DNA from: Chiloscyllium plagiosum | Taxonomy: Eukaryota | DNA length: 64,000 nucleotides | Reading direction: 5' to 3' | NCBI RefSeq assembly: GCF_004010195.1 | Contig: NC_057711.1 | Coordinates: 70,663,018 to 70,727,017 of the forward strand | Part shown: one piece after another, positions 1 through 13,010 of the stretch | How the letters are laid out: each line of letters starts with the position of its first letter | Numbering within the stretch: the stretch's first letter is position 1 | Made by a program: the position numbers and the translations under genes | Notes under the pieces: model-generated | Databases searched by the model: none | Told to the model about the DNA's origin: nothing | The model's input: only the letters and a program-made list of their open reading frames with translations

Positions 1-198
1 TGGTGCGGGTGCCCCAGAAATGTTCCCTAAAGTGCTCTGCTAGGAAGGCGCCAGTCTCCCCAACGTAGACGAGACCGCATCGGGAGCAATGGATACAATA
101 AATGATATTAGTGGATGTGCAGGTAAAATTTTGGATGTGCAAGGCTCCTTTAGGACCTTGGATGGAGGTGTGGGAGGTGGTGTGGGCGCAGGTCTTCC
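1..198 (-). mobile_element. Penelope-like element fragment, GIY-YIG endonuclease region
   Basis: The minus strand reads ...FTCTSTNIIYCIHCSRCGLVYVGETG..EHFREH, with the IY/CxxC/YVG motifs of the PLE GIY-YIG domain. Confidence 0.85.
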
Positions 199-199
199 A

Positions 200-540
200 A
201 ATTAACTTTTCTCCATGTGGCGATTAATCCTACCCTGAATAATTGTTTCCAGAAGTTTTCCCAGCACAGATGTTAATCTGACTGGTCTGTAACTGCTGGA
301 CTTATCTTCAAGCTTTTTAAAATAAAGTTGTAATGTCACAAGGCCTACAATTCTCCAGTCCTCCTGCACCATCCCAGAGTCCAGGAAGATTTGAAGGTCA
401 TTGACAGTGCCTCTGCAATTTCCACTTTCAATTCCTTCAATATCCTACATGCATCTTGTTCAGTTCCCAGTGTTCTTATCAATGTATTTATTACCAGTTT
501 ATCAAATACCATCTCCTTATCAATTTTAATCCTTCTAGAG
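200..540 (-). mobile_element. Degenerate CR1 LINE fragment
   Basis: The reverse complement resembles the CR1 RT N-terminal region (NYRPVRLTSVLGKLLE-like). Confidence 0.6.
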
Positions 541-559
541 CCTTTTTTTAAAAAAAAAA

Positions 560-1200
560 TGGGATTTGAGAGTTGACAGAGTGACCCTTGAGAAGATGAT
601 GCTGAGCTGGCTGAAATCCATTTGCAGTCGGTAGACCTGCAATGCCATTACAGATGGAATTCCAGGATTTTGACCCAACAATGCTGAAGGAATGGCAGTC
701 TGTTTCCAAGACAGGATGGTGAATATCTTAAAGGGGGAGCTCGTGGTGTTTTCATGTATCTGCTGCCCTTGTCCTTTTTGATGGCAGTGGGTGTAGGTTT
801 GGAAGATGATATCTGAAGAAGCTTGATGAGTTCTCGCAGTGCATCTTATAGATGGTGCGCATTGTTGTATTGAATGTCAGTGATGGAAAGAGGTAAAGTT
901 TATGGATGTGGTCCAAATCAAATGGGCTACTGTGTCCTGAATCGTTTTCAGGTTTTTTGAATGCCTTTGGAGCTCATTCATCCAGGAAGTTGGAGTATTC
1001 CATCACACTATTTGCTTATTCCTTGGAGTGTAGACAAGCATCCTAGCTTCTGACCTGCCCTTGTAGCTACATTATTTACGTGGCTAATCTAGTTCAGTTT
1101 CTGGTCAGTCAACAGTGACTCCCAGAAGGTTCAGTAGCGCTGGTGAGGTGATAGTAATCCAATTGACAGACAAAATTAGCAACAGTTAGATTCTCTCTTG
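560..1200 (-). mobile_element. Degenerate CR1/L2-type LINE 3' portion
   Basis: Similar to the copies at 8340-9345 and 33780-34065, and appears to continue at 2470-3290 after a CR1 insertion. Confidence 0.55.
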
Positions 1201-1211
1201 GCTTTGTGCGT

Positions 1212-2465
1212 GGGAAATCGTGTCTCACAAACTTGATTGAGTTTTTTGGAGAAGTAACATAGATGATTGATGAGGGCAGAGTGGTAAATGTGATCTATAT
1301 CTAAGGCATTCGACAAGGTTCCCCATGGGAGACTGGTTAGCAAGGTTAGATCTCATGGAACACAGGGAGAACTAGCCATCTGGATACAGAACCAGCTTGA
1401 AGGTAGAAGACAGAGGAGGGTGGTGGAGGGTTGTTTTTCAGACTGGAGGCCTGTGACCAGTGGAGTGCCACAAGGATCGGTGCTGGTCCACTACCTTTTG
1501 TCATTTATATAAGTGATTGGATGTAAGCAAAAGAGGTACAGTTAGTAAGTTTGCAGATGACACCAAAATTGGAGGTGCAGTGGACAGCGAAGAAAGTTAC
1601 CTCAGATTACAACAGGATCTTGATCAGATGGGCCAATGGGCTGAGGAGAGGCAGATGGAGTTTAATTTAGATAAATGTGAGGTGGTGCTTTTTGGAAAAG
1701 TAAATCTTAGCAGGACTTGTACACTAATGGTAAGGTTCTAGGGAGTGTTGCTGAACAAAGAGACCTTGGAGTACAGGTTCATAACTCCTTGAAAGTGGAG
1801 TCACAGGTAGATAGGATAGTGAAGAAGGCGTTTGGTAGGCTTTCTTTTGTTGGTCAGAGTATTGAGGAGAGGAGTTGGGAGGTCATGTTGCCGCTGTACA
1901 GGACATTGCTTCAGCCACTTTTGGAATATAGCGTGCAATTCTGGTCTCCTTCCTATCAGAAAGATGTTGTGAGATGTGAAAGGATTCAGAAATGATTTAC
2001 AAGGATGTTGGCAAGGTTGGAGTAATTGAGCTATAGGGAGAGGTTGAATAGGCTGGGGCTGTTTTCCCTGGATGGTCGGAGGCTGAGGGGTGACCTTCTA
2101 GAGGTTTACAAAATCATGAGGGGCATAGATAGGATAAATAGACAAAGTCTTTTTCCTGGGGTGGAGGAGTCCAGAAGTGGAGGGCATAGGTATCGGATGA
2201 GAGGGGAAAGCAATAAAAGAGACCCAAGGGGCATTTTTTTTCACACAAGAGGGTAGTACATGAATGGAATGAGCTGCAGAAGAAGTGGTGGAGGCTAGTA
2301 CAATTGCAAGATTTCAAAGGCATCGGGATGGGTATATGAATAGGAAGAGTTTGGAGGAATATGGGCTGGGTGCTGGCAGGTGGGACTAGATTGGGTTGGA
2401 ATATCTGGTTGGTATGGATGAGTTGGACTGAAGGGTCTGTTTCCATGCTGTACATCTCTATGACT
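1212..2465 (+). mobile_element. CR1 (HER1-like) LINE, 5'-truncated, RT region plus 3' tail
   Basis: ORF remnants KFADDTKIGG, QMEFNLDKCEV, LEYSVQFWSP and RRLRGDLLEVYKIM. Ends in a ctctatgact tail. Confidence 0.92.
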
Positions 2466-2469
2466 TTAT

Positions 2470-3290
2470 GTTGGAGATGTCCATTGTCAGGCAGTTTTGT
2501 GGCACAAGTGTTCCTTCCCACATGTCAGGCTGAGCTTGAATCTTGTCAAGGTTTTCTGCATAAATAAAAGCAAATTTTAGCTTTGACAAAGGGTCAGTTA
2601 GACTCGAAATGTCAGCTCTTTTCTCTCCTTACAGATGCTGCCAGACCTGCTGAGATTTTCCAGCATTTTCTCTCTTTGGGTTCAAGGTTTTCTACATTTG
2701 CATATGGACTGCCCCAGTATGTAAGGAGTTACATATGGTGTTGCACATTGTGCTGTCATCTCCACTTGACCTTATGATGGAGGGAAGGTTGTTGATGAAG
2801 CAACTGAAATTATTTGGGCCAAAGGCACAACCATGAGGAACTCTAGAGCTGAGATGACTGACCTCCAACAAACATAATCATCCTTCTGTGTGTCAGATAT
2901 GACTCCAACCAGTGGAGAGTTTCCCCTGTGACTTCTATTGATTCCAATTTTGCCAGGGCTCCTGATGCCACATTCTTTCAAATGTCGCTTTGATAGCAAT
3001 GGTCTGACATTCTCGCCTCACCTCTGGAATTCATGTTTTGTCCATGTTTAGACTTAGGCTATAAACGGGGCTGGAGCTGAGTGGCCCTGCTGGAAACAAA
3101 TCTGAGTGTCAGCAAGCAAATTATTACTAAGCAAGCAATACTTGCTGATAGTGTTGATGTCACCTTCTGTCACTTTACTGATGAATGCCAGTAAACTGAT
3201 GGGGCAGTATCTGACTTGATTCGGATTTGTCCTGCTTTCTATGTAAGGGACATACCTGGCCAATTAGACATATTGTCAGGTTGGTGCCAG
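2470..3290 (-). mobile_element. Degenerate CR1/L2-type LINE RT fragment, interrupted by a PLE-terminus fragment at about 2575-2685
   Basis: ORF 3054-3263 gives YCPISLLAFISKVTE...QICFQQGHS, an RT N-terminal motif. Confidence 0.7.
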
Positions 3291-4620
3291 CATGAGTTTC
3301 ACCTTCTGTCGCTATGGCTTGGGCAGCATTTGTCACCTGAGTAAAGACAGATGCAAAGTATTCATTTAACCCTTCAGTCATGCTTCTTGCTTTCATGTGT
3401 AAATTCCCTTTTTGCTACCTAATTAACCCTACTCCTCCTCTTTTACTATCTTTTCTCTGTTTATGTGCCTATAGAATATATTGGGATTTCCCAATATGTT
3501 TCTCATTATGTCTCTTTGCTTGTCTTATGTATTTTCACCTCCCTTCTGGACCTTCTGCATTCAACTTTGTTCTCAGTTGTATTTTCCACAGGACACCTGT
3601 CAGCAACACCTGGTTTCTTCTTTAACTTAGTTTCTATTTCCTCAGCTTCCAGGGGACTCTGGATTGGTTTGCCGTACCTTTTTCCTTTGTGAGAATATAC
3701 CTTGGCTATGCCTGACACTTCTGCTCTTTTTAAAGGTAGTCCATTACCTCGTATCTGCTTTTCCTGCCAACCCTACCTTTCAGTCTGTCTGATTCACCTT
3801 TGTCTTTGCACCACTGAAGCCAACTGTCTACTTGTTGGTTATTCTTCTGGGGGATTATTGATTGTAATTTATGGTACAATAATCACTGACCCCCAAATAT
3901 TCCCCTATTATCACTTGATCTAATTGATCTTTCTTACTCCCAAGAACCAGGTCTAGCAATGCTACTTATTCAGTTGGACACAGGTTGCTTCAGAAAATAG
4001 TCTCAAACACAATTGTTGAAAGATTGCCTCTTGCTGTCCTTTACACTATCACTATCCCAGTCTATAGTCAGGTTGTTAAAGTCGCCTAGTATAACTACTC
4101 TCTGTTTGCACACGTTTGCAATTCCCTTGCAGATATGTTCCTCTGCATACTTCCCACTAGTGTGTAGCCTATGGTTTACACCAAACAGAAATAGAGAGAC
4201 TTGGACATGTATGTATGTAAGTCATTAAAGATGGCAGCATGGCGAGAAAGGACAGTTACTAAAACATACAGCGTTCTAGGTTTCATAAATAGGGGCATAG
4301 AGTACAAGAGCAGGAAGGTTATGATGAACATAACACACTGAGTAGATGTCAGTTGAACTATTGTGTACAGTTCTGCCACATGTAGAAAGCATGTGAATGC
4401 ATTGGAGAGATTGCAGAAGCAGTTTATCAGAATGGTTCAAAGGTGAAGTTATGAAGAAAGATTAGCAAATTTGGGACGGTTTTCTTGGCGAGGATTTGTC
4501 TTTGAGGAGATCTAATGGAAGGTTTTAGACAGTGTCCCTAAGCCAAGGTGCTCAGAACTGGTGCAGACATGATGGGCCAAATGCCCTGCTTTTGCATTGT
4601 AATATGGATTCTGTATGTCT
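3290..4620. mobile_element. Degenerate CR1 fragments: minus strand about 3290-4170, plus strand 3' part about 4180-4620
   Basis: LNEYFASVFT motif on the minus strand; decayed CR1 C-terminal and tail sequence on the plus strand. Confidence 0.65.
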
Positions 4621-4994
4621 GAACTGTTTAATGCTTTGTATAATTTAATCAGTCTCATTGACCACCCTTTTCCTCAAATGTAAAGCTTACACATCTGTAA
4701 CATTTTCTTGGAAATTATCCTGTTTTTAGATATAGCAATGTGTGATTCATATTTCTGCGCTCTTTCTAATGCAAATGTAGCTTATTCCTTATAATTCACT
4801 GTCACATTTTGCATTAAAACTGATTAGTACAGTAATTGTCTTTAGCCCACAATATGACAATTATGTTGAAAGCTAGATACAAAGCCATATTGAATGATTT
4901 GATAATTTGAATAAATACACTTGAATTTGTAAGGTAAATGGTAGTTCCGGCAGCATACTTGAACCATTCATTTCTGGGCGCTTTGTGGTTATTT

Positions 4995-5315
4995 TAGATT
5001 AGATTACATTAGATTAGATTACATTACAGTGTGGAAACAGGCCCTTTGGCCCAACAAGGCAACACCGACCCGCCGAAGCGCAACCCACCCATGCCCCTAC
5101 ATTTACCCCTTATCTAACACTATGGGCAATTTAGCATGGCCAATTCACCTGACCTGCACATCTTTGGACTGTGGGAGGAAACCGGAGCACCTGGAGGAAA
5201 CCCACGCAGACACGGGGAGAACGTGCAAACTCCACACAGTCAGTCGCCTGAGGCGGGAATTGAACCCAGGTCTCAGGCACTGTGAGGCAGCAGTGCTAAC
5301 CACTGTGCCACCGTG
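4995..5315 (-). mobile_element. HE1-like tRNA-derived V-SINE
   Basis: The reverse complement shows a tRNA head (GGTGGCACAGTGGTTAGCACTG...GGGTTCAATTCCC), the V-domain GGAGTTTGCACGTTCTCCCCGTGTCTGCGTGGGTTTCCTCC, and a short tandem-repeat tail. Confidence 0.9.
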
Positions 5316-6140
5316 GTTTAAACTATTATCTTAAACTATTTGTTCTTCTCCATAGTTTACTTTGCATAGATTACTATTTCCTGGCTGACTTCTGCTATTT
5401 TGAGATGTCGATTTACAACAGAAACTGTCCAATCTGTGTGTTAATCTGACAGTACATGAAATGAACTGACCAGTAATGTGCTGTGGAACATTATCTCTTC
5501 TCTTCCTCAAAGACATCAATGCCATTTCGGCAACATGAGGTGAATTTGTTGAAGTATTACTTCATGCTTGATGCCTTTTTAACAAAGGCTAAAATTTAAT
5601 TGTGTAATGATCAACTGGGGAATCATCATCTTTGATGAGATCAGAGGTAAATGGTTTTGCTTTGGAGTCAATTTGATTTTAAAATCATTTGCTGACTGGG
5701 GGAGATAAAAGTCACTGATTTTTTTTCAGACACAGGTATTGTGATACCTGAGATAGGCAGTTCCCCAGTATTTGTTGATCAACCTGATTCACTAATAGGT
5801 TTTGGACCACAATGGACCTGGCATTTTGATTACTATCCTTCAAACAACCATGTACAGCAACCTGTTAATGAATTGTGTGATCTTATTCTGATGATAAACA
5901 AATTGTTTAATATATGTATGGTGCTAATTTGCAGTTTTAACCATTAATAAATATTGAGATCCCTGCTGACACTTGAACTGTGGTTACGATGAACCCTATT
6001 TTCTGAACTTGGACCAGTGAGGTGATTCAAACAGATACACCTTTTGGGCTTTTTCAGGAGCTGTTAAACATGATAGATTTCTGATTGACATTGCCAAGAC
6101 AATTAGAATTGTTCTAAATTCTGCAATTATTTCATGATAT

Positions 6141-6258
6141 AAGGGTCTGTTGTGGTGTAGTGGTAATGTCCCCACCTCTGAACTCTGAGATCCAGGTTCA
6201 AGTTCCCCCCTGCTCCACGGATGTTTCTTAGCATCTCTGAATAGGTTGGTTAGAAATG
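6141..6258 (+). mobile_element. Short tRNA-derived SINE
   Basis: A-box-like TGGTGTAGTGG and B-box-like GGTTCAAGTTCC. Same family as the array at 22075-22760. Confidence 0.65.
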
Positions 6259-7161
6259 TCTTGATAGAACAATAATTAATAAAGAACCCAGAAGTTCTGT
6301 TCAAATGATTGGCAAACTGGAGTCATGTGACTTTGCAACTCTGCCCTGAGTTGATGTTAAGTCTTCCAATCATTAGAAAGTGGACCTTTAGAAGAATGAA
6401 AAGGAATAGAGTACAACATCGACAACCTCAGAACCCACTAGATTATTGCGGTATAAAACCTTGATTGAATAATATAGATCTGCAGAGAGAATGTAAGCAT
6501 ATTTGATACCAAAAGTATTGAGCTAAATTTCAGAATGGAGAAAGGCTGGTATGGCAGAGTCCACGTTTACTGCTCTGTGGAAAGGAAAATCCGCTGCAGA
6601 GTGAAATGGGCAAATGGCCTGAAACCTGTTACCTCCCCAGGATATCATCATCATTACAAATTACAATGGTGAGAAGTTTGGGTATTGCTTCTTATTGGCC
6701 AAGAGAGTAATTTTGTACAAAAATATATTTATGTCGGTGAATAATCAGGGTTATGTGCAAAACAGTAGTTAGATATTCTAAATTTTAGTTAAGCATTAGC
6801 ATCAACTATTAACCCAAAATGAAAACCAGACTCAACTTCAGAATTAATTCCAGAACAAGCACCTTACACTGTGTTACTACCCCTTCCAAATGTGTGTGTT
6901 TTTGTTATATCTGTGCAGTATGATAATTGCTAACTGATCTTTATTTTCTTGAAAACTGCCAATTACTATTTGAAGTCTCTTAGTAAGCAGCAAAATAAAT
7001 AAAATAATTGTTTAAAAACATACTTGCATTAGAAGCAATTAATTTAAATAATAGCAAAAGTTAAGACAAGTCGTTTGTATTAAAATATTCTAATTGCTCT
7101 TTAACGCCTTGAAACTTTAAAGGGAAATATTTCAATCATTTTGTGTGAATTTCCTTTTCAG

Positions 7162-7247
7162 AACAAAGCAGAAGGGATGACTTAGAAGCATTAGGTCACA
7201 TGTTCATGTATTTCCTCCGCGGCAGTCTTCCTTGGCAGGGCCTTAAG
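7162..7247 (+). CDS. CSNK1G3: Casein kinase 1 gamma 3, kinase-domain exon (E)[28 protein letters not shown], 86 nt
   Basis: The translation contains the CK1 signature SRRDDLE...LPWQGLK. Acceptor is ttccttttcag; donor is AAG|gcaagt (GC type). Confidence 0.96.
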
Positions 7248-7347
7248 GCAAGTTTGTTTTCCCTTTGCTCTGCTTACCAAATCCAAAGTGCTAATTAGAG
7301 ATGAGCATTGTCTTGATTAATGAAGCTGAGTTTACTTTCATTTCCAG

Positions 7348-7432
7348 GCGGACACATTAAAAGAAAGATATCAGAAGATAGGGGACACCAAGCGAGCAAC
7401 ACCAGTTGAAGTTTTATGTGAAAATTTTCCAG
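7348..7432 (+). CDS. CSNK1G3: CK1 gamma 3 exon [28 protein letters not shown], 85 nt
   Basis: CK1-gamma peptide in frame with the previous exon. Acceptor tttccag, donor G|gtaatc. Confidence 0.96.
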
Positions 7433-8339
7433 GTAATCTTTCAGTCATTGAGCAGTTTGAGAGATTCTCCAGTTTCTAATGTCTGGATCTGTTCCTGCCA
7501 TTTGAATTCATTATCATTTATCTTCTGCCATGAGAGACCAGTATAGCACTGCAATGTGCAAGTTTTCGAAGGTACCTGATTAGTAACTATAAGCACTGAT
7601 GGGGTATCATCACTATCCTTTATAAGGAAGATGAGGGAAGTAACAACATGCTGTTTTAATGTTAGTATTTGTATGCATTTAGATCTGACGTTTTCGCAGT
7701 TGTTGAGGTCATGTTTAATGGTAAACTGTTTTTCTACTGATCTGGCATCATTACTCACAGATGATTCGAATTTATGCTGCTGATGGGATCTGAAGCTGAA
7801 TATGATGGTTTTAAAACTTATAATGACTGTCTACAGTATTAACTACCTTTGCATTTGTGATTTTGCAACGCACACAGCTTGAGCATGGTTACATTGAGAT
7901 TTGCAGTACATTTCAGAAGAAAATGAGTACAGGGGTTATGAAGTAAAAACAGGAAGAGTCTATCATGCCCAGGTTTTAAACCTTGAGACAAAGAAGAGGA
8001 GAATTTTGTTTATAAGTTGAGTTTTGCATTATTCAACTTACATAATGCAGTTCAGTTATATTTCCCTCTTTTCTTTCATTTAATTCTAAAAGCAGTGAGT
8101 TGTGTTGAATGGAGCGGAGGACCATGGATGTGAGGTGACCCCCACAGCGCATCTTCATGGTGATTCTTTCCATATGAGCCATGAAATGAGCAGGATTGAT
8201 TATTTTTCTGGAATTATGTCCGCTGCTTTAGGCACTCTCGAGTGGAGAAGTAAACTCTGAAGATTATTAATGCATTATCTATACATTGGAAAACCTTTTA
8301 AACAATGCATGTATATCTTGCATGAATTTGTTTTATTTG

Positions 8340-9345
8340 TTAATGGGATATGAGCTTCACGACAAGGCCAGAATTTATTAACAAGCCCAAATGCCTTTGA
8401 GAGGCTGGTGGTGAGTTCTCTTCTGGAAGTGTCTAGTCCATGTGATGTCTGCACACCCACAGTTCTGTTAGTAAGGGCGATTCAGGTTATTGACACTGAC
8501 AATGAGTATTTGTGTGGTGATAAATACTTTTCCAAGCTTGAGACTTGGAAGGGGACTTGCATGCTGTTGGTATTCCTTTATCGCTGCTGCTGACATCTTT
8601 CTATATGATAGAGGTTGAGAATGAGGTTGAGAATTTGGAAAGTGCTGTGGACGGAGGTTTGACATGTTGCTACACGCTGCGTCTTGGTGTATCTCATAGA
8701 TGGTACATGCTACTCCACTGTGTGCGATAGTAAAGAGAGTATAATTTAAGGTCTTTGATGGTTTGCCAATCAAGTGGGTTGCCTTGGCCCTAGATAGTGT
8801 TGAGCTTCATGAGTGTAGTTAAGCTGCACCCATTCAGGGAAGAGGGTAATATTCCATCCTATTCCTAACCTATGCCTTGTAGCTGATGAGAACAGCTTGG
8901 GTATCAGGAGTTAAATTTTTCACTATAGAATTCTAAATTCTATAGACACAGTATTTATATTGCAGGTTCATTTCAGTTTCTGGTCACTGGTAACCCCCAG
9001 AATGTTGAAAGTGGGGGATTCAGTAATGGTAATGCCTTTTAATATGAAGGCCAACATTTGGATTCAGTTTTGCTGATGGCTGTCACTTCCTGACACTTAC
9101 ACGGCACAAATGTCAGCCCACTTGTCAGCCCAGGCCTGTATGTTGTCCAGTTCTTGCTGTACATGAGCATAAACTGCTTCAGTATCTGAGGAGTTGACAG
9201 TGGTGCTGAACATTGCGCAATCATCAGCATACATACTAATTTCTTGTAGTGAAGGGAAAGTACTTAATGAAGCAGCTGAAGATGGTTAACCCTGAAACAC
9301 TACTGTGAGGAGCTCCTGCTGAGATGTCCTGGAGTTGAGATGCTT
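8340..9345 (-). mobile_element. Degenerate CR1/L2-type LINE 3' portion
   Basis: Shares sequence with 560-1200 and 33780-34065. Its 3' terminus resembles the SINE tail at 53900-53965. Confidence 0.65.
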
Positions 9346-10470
9346 GGCTAACCGAGGAAATTAGGGATAGTGTTAGATCGTAGAAAGGGCATACGAATTG
9401 ACCAAAAAAGCAGCAGATCTGAGGAATGGGAGCAGTTTAGATTTGCAGCAAAAGAGAACCAAGGGATTGATTAAGAGGGAGAAAATAGAATAGGCAAGTA
9501 AGCTTGCAAAGAACATAAAAATTGATCGCACAAGCTTCTATAGGTTTGTAAAGCGAATAAGGTTAGCAAAAACAAATATAGGTCCCTTACAGTCTGAAAT
9601 AGGGGAAGTGATAATGAGGAACAAAGAGGTCGCAGACCAACTAAATACGTTGTTTGGGAAACACAGTGCCTGATGAGAGGCAGGAACTAAAAGAATCATT
9701 TTTAGTCAGGAATTGATGGGATTAAAGGTTAATGAATGCCCAAAGTCAAATAATCCACAACCTAGTCTACCTAAGGGAGCGCACTAGAAATAGTGGGTGC
9801 ATTGATGGCCATCTTTCAAGGCTTTATCGGCAATCTAACCCCACTCTTTTCAAAAGCAGATATAAAGAAAACAGAAAATTATCAGCTGGTTTGCCTCATG
9901 GGGAAAATGCTGGAGCCCATTTTGAAATATTTAATAGAACACTTGGAAACAGTGATATGATTGGACAGATTCAGCATGGATTTTAAAAAAGTGAAATCAT
10001 GCTTGACAAATCCACTGAAATTTTTTGAGGACATAACCAGTAAAGTTGATAAGAGGGAGCCCGGTGGATGTGTCATTTCCTTGGATTTGCAGAAGACTTT
10101 CTAATAGGTCATGCACAAGTTGTGAGCATGGGATTAGGGTAGTGTACTGACAGGAATGATGGAACTAAATGTGATATTTTCAAGTTTGGAGACAGCTTAA
10201 AGTTGAGTGGGAGGGTGCTGAGAAACGTCAGTGTGATTTGGACAAGTTGAGTAAGTGGACATATGCAAGACTGATGAAGTATCATATAGATAAATACGAG
10301 GTTATCCACTTTGGTATCAAAAGCAGGAAGGCAGATTACTATCTGAATGGTGCTCGATTGGGAAAGGGAAGGTGCACCGAGACTTGGGTGTCATTATACA
10401 CCAGTCACCGACAGTAAACATGCGAGTGCAGCAAGCAGAGAAGAAGGCAAATGGGATGTTGGCCTTTATT
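9345..10470 (+). mobile_element. Degenerate CR1 ORF2 fragment with internal deletions
   Basis: QHGF.K.KSCLTN motif near 9970-10010 and a VIHFG motif near 10300. Confidence 0.75.
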
Positions 10471-10754
10471 ATGTTGCGGTTCAGTAGAACCATAAATAGA
10501 GCACGTGTTGGATGAAGGGTAAACTTGAATAGAGAATACTCTATTTTATTGTAGGGCTCTCAGCTCAACAATTGGTTTTAGATTACCTCCCATAGCTCCC
10601 AGCTCTGGATCACCTGACCTGCTCGTTTAAAGGGAGTTGGGTTGCATAACTCAACTACGCCCACTTTATTTCAATATCCCTTTTAACAATATTTAAACTG
10701 CCAGCAGGTAAAGCTATTGTACAGGCATTGTAGCTAATGTATAATTCTGATCAT

Positions 10755-11250
10755 CCTGTATAGGAACGATGTTATTAAACTTGAAATGGTGCGAAAAAGA
10801 TTTACAAGGATGTTACTGAGTCTGGAAGGTTTGGGTTATAAGGAGAGGCTGGATAGGGCTGGGACTTTTTTTTTCCCTGGAGTGTAGGACGCTGAGGGGT
10901 GACCTTTATAGAGGTTTACAAAATCATGTAGGGCATAGATAGGGTGAATAACCAAAGTCTTTCCCCTAGGGAAGGGAGTCCAGAATGAGAGGGCATAGGT
11001 TTAAAGTGATTTAAAAGGGACCTGAAGGGCAATTTTTTCTTGTAGAGATTGATGCGTCTATGGAACGAGCTGCCAAAGGAAATGTAGGGGGGGGTACAAG
11101 AACAAAATTTAAAAGCCGTTTGGACAGGTACATGGATAGGAAAGGTTTAGAGGGATCTGCACCAAACGCAGGTAAGTGGGACAAGTTTAGTTGAGAAAAG
11201 CTGGTCAGCATGGACGAGCCCTATCTCATGCTGCATACCTCTAAGATACT
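10755..11250 (+). mobile_element. CR1 3' fragment
   Basis: Closely similar to 1960-2465. Confidence 0.85.
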
Positions 11251-12104
11251 GTATGTACATCATCACAAATAATTTTTAAAAAATGGAAATAAAAATGACC
11301 TTTCTATGGCTTACATTGATATGATCAGTCTCTCGTTGCTGGTGAATCCTAGAATTCCTACAGGTCTCCTTGTCTCAGGAACCTTTTTCTAGAGTAGTCT
11401 CCAAGCTTCTGGAAGCTCCTGTTGTTCCACAGACACGTCCCCCTATTGCCACTCTTGACTCCTGTCTAGATACTGCCAACCCTGACTGGGAGACACATGT
11501 CTCAATCGACACCGTTGGTCCTCTCCAAGGAACGTTGCCAGAGACACACACACACACTCACTCACTCCTGCTCTGCTCTGTATGTGATAACAGCCCTGTT
11601 TGGGAAATCACCACAATGGGATCAATTTTACCCCGAGGTGTGTAAGTCTAGGCCAAAATGGCCTTTCCTCTTTGGCACCCCCTTGACCTTGAGGTTCCCA
11701 CTCTTCTGACCATCTGTCCTCCTTGATTTCACTCTACCTCGTCTCTGGTCTCAGGTGGTGGTTGAACATGAACGATGCTGGTGAGCACTGGGTCAGTACA
11801 TGTAGTGTGTTCCTGTACACGCTGTGGAACTTGAGTTGCTGCTCTAGCGACCTCTCCCCTTGTGAAGCCTTTAAGGCCTAAGTCAAGGTTTGTACAAATC
11901 TGTGTGCCTGGCCATTTGCCCCAGGGTGATACAGAGCCAGTTTCACATGACTGACTCCATTAATTTCCAAGTGCTCCTCAAACTCTTGTGCCACAAACTG
12001 TTGAACATCGTCAGTCATGACTTGCTTGAGGTTCCCAAACTTGATAAATATTTCATCCATTTGGTGTATTGTTGCTCCTGCTGATACCAACTTCATTAGA
12101 GACA

Positions 12105-12335
12105 TAAAAACTGCGAATGTTGGAATCCAAAGTAGACAGGCAGGAGACTGGAAGAACACAGCACGCCAGGCAGCACCAGGAGGTGAGAGCTGGACAATGT
12201 GTTGCTGGAAAAGTGGAGCAGTTACAGCAGCATCCAAGGAGCAGGAGAATCGATGTTTCAGGCATAAGCCTTTCTTCAGGAATCCAACAGAAGGTGGAGA
12301 AGTCATCGTTTCAGATGTAACCCTTCTTCAGGACT
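12105..12335 (-). mobile_element. Nested PLE-terminus fragments with two hammerhead-like motifs, inserted in the Gypsy integrase
   Basis: Shares gctggaaaa...gcagcatccaaggagcaggagaatcga with 35780-35995. A second related fragment surrounds it. Confidence 0.7.
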
Positions 12336-13010
12336 GAGCACTGTATGTCCTTGGTCACCAGTGACATCTGTCCCTCTATATTGGTCCCTATGAAATCGAC
12401 ATGAGTCTGCTGCCACGGTGTTTGAGGCCATTCCCATGGATGAATGAGCAACAGCAATCACACCTTTCTTACTAATGCTCAGGATTTGCATGACTCCCTT
12501 TCTCCGCAATTTGGAAGTCCACATTCAACCAGCAAAAATAGCTCCTGGCTGTCTCCTTGATTTGCTCCACGCCAGGGCGTCATTGGTGCATTTGTTCTAG
12601 CACCTTTCCACTTAACAGGGGAAGGATAACAACTCTCATTCCCCACATCAAACAATGTATGGACAATATCTGATATGGACAAATCTCATCTCCTGGACAG
12701 GTAAGGGAGTAATTCTGGGTGACTTCCATGATTGACCATCCCTCCCAGAACTAAGTCCACCACTCTGCTCAAGATTGGGCCGTTCTGAGTATATTCTGTA
12801 CCTGAATCACTGATACCAGCACCTCTTTCTGGGAAAAAGTATACAATTCTAAAATTCCATCCAGGAACCTCCTCATTCTCAGTAGTGGCTGCCTTGTCAG
12901 GGCAACTGCATTGCCATGCTTCTCTGGTTGTCCATGTCTGATTTTGTATGATGGGTGTACAAAGTTACAAATCACACAACACCAGATTATCGTCCAACAG
13001 GTTTATTTTA

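Noticed and set aside
5255..5315. tRNA-like sequence on the minus strand
   Set aside because: It is a SINE head continuous with the V-domain, not a tRNA gene.
5029..5334. Recurrent ORF family MWKQALWPNK... (also at 18077 and 56656)
   Set aside because: Antisense translations of a non-coding SINE.
1..7161. Search for upstream CSNK1G3 kinase exons (DFG / GTARY motifs)
   Set aside because: None found, so they presumably lie before the window.
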